Positions 58,636-64,000 of a stretch of 64,000 bases of DNA are shown piece after piece; within the stretch, counting starts at the first letter, position 1, and every line of letters starts with the position of its first letter. Location of the stretch: NCBI GenBank assembly GCA_913046035.1, contig CAJWSW010000005.1:6667-70666 (forward strand), in the 5' to 3' direction. Origin of the DNA: an uncultured Alphaproteobacteria bacterium (lineage in GTDB: Bacteria; Pseudomonadota; Alphaproteobacteria; MPNO01; UBA830). The notes below the pieces were generated by a model. The model was not told the origin of the DNA, searched no databases, and worked only from the letters and a program-made list of their open reading frames with translations. Made by a program: the position numbers and the translations under genes.

Positions 58636-58863
58636 GGTTCCTCCCGTCATAAAAATTAGCCTTAAGCATATTGTTGGTGCTGTAATAACAGCAGAAACTG
58701 CAGAGCACGACAATTGTAAAGATGGGCAATTAATTTTTCTGTTAGGTTTTAAGCGAAAATTAAGCTTTAAACGATTTGTTTAGGGTACCGTTCGCTAAAG
58801 CACGATCACAAATATCCAGTGAATTCGAAACTCTGTTTGTTTAATTAAACTCGGATCTTCTCA

Positions 58864-59748
58864 TTGATAGACTTGATCACAACCTACTGGGCACGCCTTC
58901 CGGGCAATTTGCGAGGTATCCTATGGTTGCTTATGGGAACGCTAGCATTTGCAGTGAACGATTTGTTTGTCAAATCCCTCGGGCAAACAATTTCCCCGTT
59001 CCAGATGGCTTTTTTCCGGTACGGTATTGGGTTCATGCTAATGCTTCCGTTTTTTTTAAGAATGGGGGTCAGTGGACTTAAAACAAATCGACCTGGTATA
59101 CACATCGCGCGGTTGATACTCGCCTGCATAGCGCAGGTAGGAGTATATACCTCTGTTGTCTATTTGCCGCTTGCCGACGCAACGGCGCTGGCATTTTCTC
59201 GTATACTCTTTACCACCGTTATTGCTGTAATCTTCCTTCGGGAAATCGTAAGTGGTCGCCGATGGACTGCCACCGTCGCTGGCTTTGTGGGTGTTGTCAT
59301 TATGGTGCGGCCCGGCGGTCAAATCGACCCGGTCGTTTTTATCGCTATCGGGGCTGCCTGCACTTTCGCTATTGCTAATGTTTTAATTCGGATCATGTCC
59401 AGTACAGAGCCACCCAACCGGATTTTGTTCTATTACCAAATTGGTGGAATAATTGTATTCCTGCCCCCAACCGTTGCGCTCTGGCAAACGCCCCCGGATT
59501 TAGTTTCATGGCTAATGGCGCTCGCAATTGGGGTTTTGACCACAGTGGGAATGATCGGGTTTATCCGCGGTTTCGTGGTTGGTGAAGCTAGCGTGATAGG
59601 CCCGACAGAATACATACGATTAGTCTTTGCAGCTTTTTTTGGCTTCGCTATCTTCGGCGAAATCCCCGATATTTGGACCACTGTTGGCGCCCTTATAATT
59701 GTCGGCGCCACAAGTTTCATCGCCAAGATGGAAGCGAAGAATAAATAG
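58864..59748 (+). CDS. DMT (EamA) family transporter
   Basis: 10 TM segments, PLADATA, LREIVSGRRW..GFVGV...RPG, FGEIPD. Confidence 0.9.
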   Translation: MIDLITTYWARLPGNLRGILWLLMGTLAFAVNDLFVKSLGQTISPFQMAFFRYGIGFMLMLPFFLRMGVSGLKTNRPGIHIARLILACIAQVGVYTSVVYLPLADATALAFSRILFTTVIAVIFLREIVSGRRWTATVAGFVGVVIMVRPGGQIDPVVFIAIGAACTFAIANVLIRIMSSTEPPNRILFYYQIGGIIVFLPPTVALWQTPPDLVSWLMALAIGVLTTVGMIGFIRGFVVGEASVIGPTEYIRLVFAAFFGFAIFGEIPDIWTTVGALIIVGATSFIAKMEAKNK

Positions 59749-59753
59749 TCTTC

Positions 59754-59993
59754 CTAATTAGACAGCCACGCTACCGCCAAGTAAGCTGCTTTTTTAGCGT
59801 CAGTCTCGGACTTGAAGTCTTTTGCGGCGCGGCGACCGGTAGCGCGCCACCCCGAAGGATCCTCCGGGTCACGGCGCCACTCATCCCAGAATATTTTGAG
59901 GTCACGGGTGCGATATATATCAACACAAAACCGACCTTCGTCGTCTTCGAGGGAAGTTAGGACAATCCGATTGCTGCGATCAATTTTCGACAT
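59754..59993 (-). CDS. Small hypothetical protein (CVD...RRDPED..GW motif)
   Basis: 79 aa, directly abuts the dienelactone hydrolase stop, protein-like composition. Confidence 0.65.
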   Translation of the reverse strand: MSKIDRSNRIVLTSLEDDEGRFCVDIYRTRDLKIFWDEWRRDPEDPSGWRATGRRAAKDFKSETDAKKAAYLAVAWLSN

Positions 59994-60656
59994 TTAGTCG
60001 AAGTGACTTTCTAGAAATACTACTGACCTCTGATGCGCCAGCGCCGCCGCGTCAGCATCATGATTAGATTGCTCCGGATTGTAAAAAGCGTGTCCCGCAC
60101 CTGCGTAGATGTGAAATTCGCTCTCCGGATACTTCTTCTTAATCCTCTGCACCATTTCGAACGATACAACATGATCAGCATCGCCATAATGCAGTATCAC
60201 CGGACATTTGGGTCGCCGATCAAGATTATCGTGAATATCGCTGCCATAGAAAATTACCGCAGCGTCAAGATCCAACTGGTTGGCCGCGATCCACGCCCAT
60301 GTCCCGCCGGTGCAGAACCCGGAAATGGCTATGTGGTCTGTTACTTTGCGCAACATCGTGATACCTGCTTCGATATCTAAGAGGACTGTATCTTCGTTGA
60401 GATTTTCACGGAACTGCATGCCGCCGTGGTCATTATAAGCAAATACTTTATTTTTTTCGGTGCGATCGTAGGTTGCAGGTGCGATTGCAGCGAAGCCGTC
60501 GCGCGCAAACCAGTTGCAGACGTCGCCCAAATGGTCAGTCAGGCCATAAATAGCCTGCAAGAAGACTACGCCGCCTTTGACCTTGCCAGTTGGTAAGGCG
60601 TGCCAAGCGTCAAGAATGTGCCCGTCGCTAGCTGTGATGGAAATACGTTCAGCCAT
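59994..60656 (-). CDS. Dienelactone hydrolase family protein
   Basis: GFCTGG nucleophile, HYGDAD, YAGAGHAF. Start revised to MAERIS at 60656. Confidence 0.9.
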   Translation of the reverse strand: MAERISITASDGHILDAWHALPTGKVKGGVVFLQAIYGLTDHLGDVCNWFARDGFAAIAPATYDRTEKNKVFAYNDHGGMQFRENLNEDTVLLDIEAGITMLRKVTDHIAISGFCTGGTWAWIAANQLDLDAAVIFYGSDIHDNLDRRPKCPVILHYGDADHVVSFEMVQRIKKKYPESEFHIYAGAGHAFYNPEQSNHDADAAALAHQRSVVFLESHFD

Positions 60657-60916
60657 AAAAATACTCCGTAATACGGAAGTGAGGATAGTGCAAGGATCGA
60701 GATCATCAAAACAGTGGTAGAGCATCAACGATCCGCGTTATGCGGTGTTCGGCAGATCTCGGAAACTTTTGGAAAAAACGCAGGCAGTGAATGCAAAATC
60801 GGCTGGTTTCACGTGTGGAAACTTTCAGTCATTCTTATATGGTTCGAATTAGTCCATAGCTTGCGTTCCTCCAGACCGAGTGTCACCTATACAGTTAACC
60901 AGCAAAGTTGGGCAGA

Positions 60917-62506
60917 ATGACCAAATATATTAAAGCAGAGATGCTGAAATCTTGGATTAGCGATGATGTTGAGCTGGCGTTATTGGATGTGCGTGAGGCG
61001 GGTCAATTTGGTGAAGATCACATGCTTCACGCGATCCCGTGCCCGTACAGCATAATAGAGACGCGGGTGTTATACCTTGTTCCCCGTAAATCGACGCGAT
61101 TGGTGTTGATCGATGACGCGGATGGTACGGGAGAAAAAGCGATACACCGTCTCACATCCATAGGGTACGAAAATATTTCGATTCTTGAGGGTGGCAACGC
61201 GGCATGGTCGGCGGCAGGTTTTGAGGTGTTTCAGGGTGTAAACGTGCCTTCGAAGGCATTTGGTGAGTTGGTGGAACATGCAGCAGATACTCCACGCATT
61301 TCGGCGGAACAACTCCATCATATGTTGGAGCAAGACGAAAACTTGGTTGTCGTCGATGGTCGCACGCCGATGGAACATCGTCGGATGTCGATCCCTGGGG
61401 GCATAAGCATGCCCAACGCTGAGATGATTTATCGTATTCATGACCTCGCGCCTGATCCCGAAACAACCGTTGTCGTGAATTGTGCTGGACGTACCCGATC
61501 AATCATCGGCGCTCAAGCGCTTATAAATGCTGGCCTGCCAAACCGTGTCTTTGCGCTCAAGGCCGGGACTATGGGTTGGACGTTAGCCGGATACCAACTT
61601 GAACACGGCTCCAAATTAACTCATTTACCCAAACCGTCTGAGCAATGCGTTGCTAAGGCTGCTGTATACGCGGCCGATATTATCGAAGTATTTGGCCTCG
61701 CCACCGTAAACCGCGATACGCTGAGGAAGTGGCAGGAAGATGATCAGAGTACCGTTTTCCTGCTCGATGTCCGGACAGAGAGTGAATATGCCAAGGGGCA
61801 TTTGCCGGGATCTGTTCATGCCCCCGGAGGCCAGCTCGTGCAGGCTACCGACGAGTGGTGCGGCGTTTGGGGTGCGCGTGTCGTTTTGGCTGATACCGCT
61901 CCATGTGCCCGCGCCGCGATCACTGCACACTGGCTTAAGCAGATGGGTTGGGACGTATATATCTTAGACGGCGGGCTAACCATGTCTGAGGCGAAAGAGC
62001 GCGGTCGTGCACCAAGATGGGGGAGCGCTGAAAACAAAGTACAGAGTATTTCGCCTCACGACCTCTCGAAAGCGATCCATGCCAAGACAGTGTTGGTAAT
62101 CGATGTTGGCCATTCAATGGACTATCGGGATGCGCATATACCGGGTGCAGTGTGGAGTACTCGGGCACGTTTAGACGGGCTGGAATTTCCGGCGCGGCAG
62201 CCGGTGGTCCTGTATTCGAAACATGAGACTCGTGCGCGGTTGGCGGCAATTGACCTTGAGGCGATCTCAGAAGGTCCCGTAGCTATACTTCAGGGGGGGC
62301 GTGAAGCTTGGATCGAGGCAGGATTGCCCATTGAGGCGTCGCCAGACGTGCCGGCGGATCGTGAGTGCATTGATTACTTGTTTTGGGTTTCTAGCCGCCA
62401 CATGGGAAGCAACGAGGCCGCGCTTGCTTACCTGGAATGGGAAGAAAACCTGCCTTCGCAAATAGAGGCTGACGGCGATGCGCGCTTCAACGTCATGACC
62501 AGATAG
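60917..62506 (+). CDS. Multi-domain rhodanese-like sulfurtransferase
   Basis: Four rhodanese repeats (LLDVRE, VDGRTP..CAGRTRS, LDVRT..GHLPG, AHIPGA), NVPSKAFGE, YLEWE. Confidence 0.9.
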   Translation: MTKYIKAEMLKSWISDDVELALLDVREAGQFGEDHMLHAIPCPYSIIETRVLYLVPRKSTRLVLIDDADGTGEKAIHRLTSIGYENISILEGGNAAWSAAGFEVFQGVNVPSKAFGELVEHAADTPRISAEQLHHMLEQDENLVVVDGRTPMEHRRMSIPGGISMPNAEMIYRIHDLAPDPETTVVVNCAGRTRSIIGAQALINAGLPNRVFALKAGTMGWTLAGYQLEHGSKLTHLPKPSEQCVAKAAVYAADIIEVFGLATVNRDTLRKWQEDDQSTVFLLDVRTESEYAKGHLPGSVHAPGGQLVQATDEWCGVWGARVVLADTAPCARAAITAHWLKQMGWDVYILDGGLTMSEAKERGRAPRWGSAENKVQSISPHDLSKAIHAKTVLVIDVGHSMDYRDAHIPGAVWSTRARLDGLEFPARQPVVLYSKHETRARLAAIDLEAISEGPVAILQGGREAWIEAGLPIEASPDVPADRECIDYLFWVSSRHMGSNEAALAYLEWEENLPSQIEADGDARFNVMTR

Positions 62507-62518
62507 GAAAGGAAGAAG

Positions 62519-63460
62519 ATGAGTATAGAACTTGGTTACTTATTGCCTACTCGGGAACGGATCATGGTCGGTAAGCATGAGGTTCAAGAGATTTTAGCGC
62601 TTGGCGATCTCGCGGAACAGCTTGGGGTAGATAGTGTGTGGATAGGTGATTCACTCCTGGCCAAACCACGTCACGACCCTTTAGCACTCATCGGTGCTAT
62701 CGCAGGACGGACAAAACGTATCAAGATGGGTACCGCTGTCCTTCTTCCAATGCTCCGTAATCCTGTTCTATTGGCGCACCAGGTTGCCACGCTTGACCAA
62801 ATTGCGGAGGGACGCATGATCCTCGGTATCGGGACTGCTCGTGATGTGCCGGCCATCCGCAATGAATTCAGGGCTGCAGGCGTACCTTTTGAGAAACGGA
62901 TAGGTCGCATGCTTGAACAAATGCGTCTTTGCCGTGCCCTTTGGCAGGGTGGGCCCGTTGACTGGGATGGGCTTTGGACATTTGAAAAAGGTGAACTGGC
63001 GCCGGTCCCCTATACAGAAGGCGGTCCCGCTATTTGGTCTGGAGGTGGTGTCGAGGCGGCCTTGAAACGGGCCGGGCGTTATTTCAATGGTTGGTTCCCT
63101 TCAGGCGCTGGGACGGGCAGGGATTGGACCAAAGGATGGAGTGGTGTGCAGCAATTTGCGGATGAGGCTGGTCGCGATCCTGCAAATATTGTTGGTGCCG
63201 CCTACGTCACCATCTCTGTCAATGATGATCAGTCCGTGGCAGATGCCGAGATGGATGCTTACTTGGAAGACTATTATCTGCGCCCCGCGGAGGAAATTCG
63301 AACCCAGCAATATTGTTTCGCGGGAACTCGTTCTGGAGCGGTTGACTGGCTGGGCGAGTTCGCCGCTGGTGGCGCCTCCCATATGTGTATTCGTTTTACA
63401 GGTAGCAATGACGCGGAACAAATGGAGGAACTTATTCGCATACGCGAAGAGTTAGGATAG
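62519..63460 (+). CDS. LLM class flavin-dependent oxidoreductase
   Basis: DSVWIGDS, GTAVLL, LAHQVATLD, GRMILGIG, ALKRAGRY..GW. Confidence 0.92.
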   Translation: MSIELGYLLPTRERIMVGKHEVQEILALGDLAEQLGVDSVWIGDSLLAKPRHDPLALIGAIAGRTKRIKMGTAVLLPMLRNPVLLAHQVATLDQIAEGRMILGIGTARDVPAIRNEFRAAGVPFEKRIGRMLEQMRLCRALWQGGPVDWDGLWTFEKGELAPVPYTEGGPAIWSGGGVEAALKRAGRYFNGWFPSGAGTGRDWTKGWSGVQQFADEAGRDPANIVGAAYVTISVNDDQSVADAEMDAYLEDYYLRPAEEIRTQQYCFAGTRSGAVDWLGEFAAGGASHMCIRFTGSNDAEQMEELIRIREELG

Positions 63461-63819
63461 AGGTTCCTCCGTTTAAAACGGGTATCAGGTTAAGATATTT
63501 TAGCTGCACCTGTATCTGTTATTCTCCTGATTTGTGGGCATATTCGACTTTTTATCTTGTAAAGCTCCAATTTTTTCGATCTCAAGTTTCATTAGGTCGC
63601 CAATTTGTAAAAGCCGGTTATGCTTGTGGCCCGACCCCCGCCAAAAGCGCCGGCGCTTCAGATTTAACCCGGCCATATTGTCCCGTTCCAGGCACCATGC
63701 TTAATAATGCGCTCACAATGTGCCCTTTAAAACCATCTGTAGGTATTTCCAATATGACCTAGTTGCCGACGTCATCAACGGGCCATTATGATACTATAAA
63801 TTGAGGAGATTTTGGGACA

Positions 63820-64000
63820 ATGGGTATGCAGAGCGTTTGGGACCATATTCGTCTCGCGGCAGAGAGAACGCCTAAAGGCATTGCGGTTGTCGACGATCGG
63901 AGTGAGCGCTGCGTTACCTATCTGGAGTTGGTCGAAGAGGTTGAGAGCGCAGCCGCGGGTCTTTTTAGCGCTGGAATTCAGCCGGGTCAGTTTGTGGCTA
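63820..64000 (+). CDS. AMP-binding acyl/aryl-CoA ligase, N-terminal fragment (runs off the window)
   Basis: Manual translation MGMQSVWDHIRLAAERTPKGIAVVDDRSERCVTYLELVEEVESAAAGLFSAGIQPGQFVA; GAGGAG RBS upstream. Confidence 0.78.
   Translation, partial: MGMQSVWDHIRLAAERTPKGIAVVDDRSERCVTYLELVEEVESAAAGLFSAGIQPGQFVA

Noticed and set aside
1-64000. tRNA-Sec/sel genes, rRNA, CRISPR arrays, transposases, defence systems
   Set aside because: None recognised by eye. The Sec machinery, if present, must lie outside this window.

Overview
Gene-dense window of roughly 50-55% GC (estimated by eye), most likely from an alphaproteobacterium (folE-hisI linkage, DUF3126, alphaproteobacterial-type ClpS, TRAP/TTT transporters). 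It is dominated by catabolic enzymes for aromatic and N-heterocyclic compounds: four xanthine-dehydrogenase-family Mo subunits, two VanA-like Rieske oxygenases, three Fe(II)/2OG dioxygenases, UbiD, hydantoinase/oxoprolinase A/B, a 3-hydroxybenzoate 6-monooxygenase-like enzyme with MarR, two LLMs, CoA enzymes and many transporters. I saw no rRNA, tRNA, CRISPR or transposase. The main hidden feature is an omega-like glutathione S-transferase that the ORF track truncates. Its real start is at 29811 (minus strand), it has an in-frame TGA at the catalytic Cys position (SSFT-U-PWVQR), and a SECIS-like hairpin follows, so it is very likely a selenoprotein. Other points are a perfect 30-bp palindromic operator, an unannotated 21-aa hydrophobic ORF with promoter and RBS, orphan Mo-hydroxylase large subunits and a putative lactam-opening cluster. 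All product calls come from motif recognition, not database searches.
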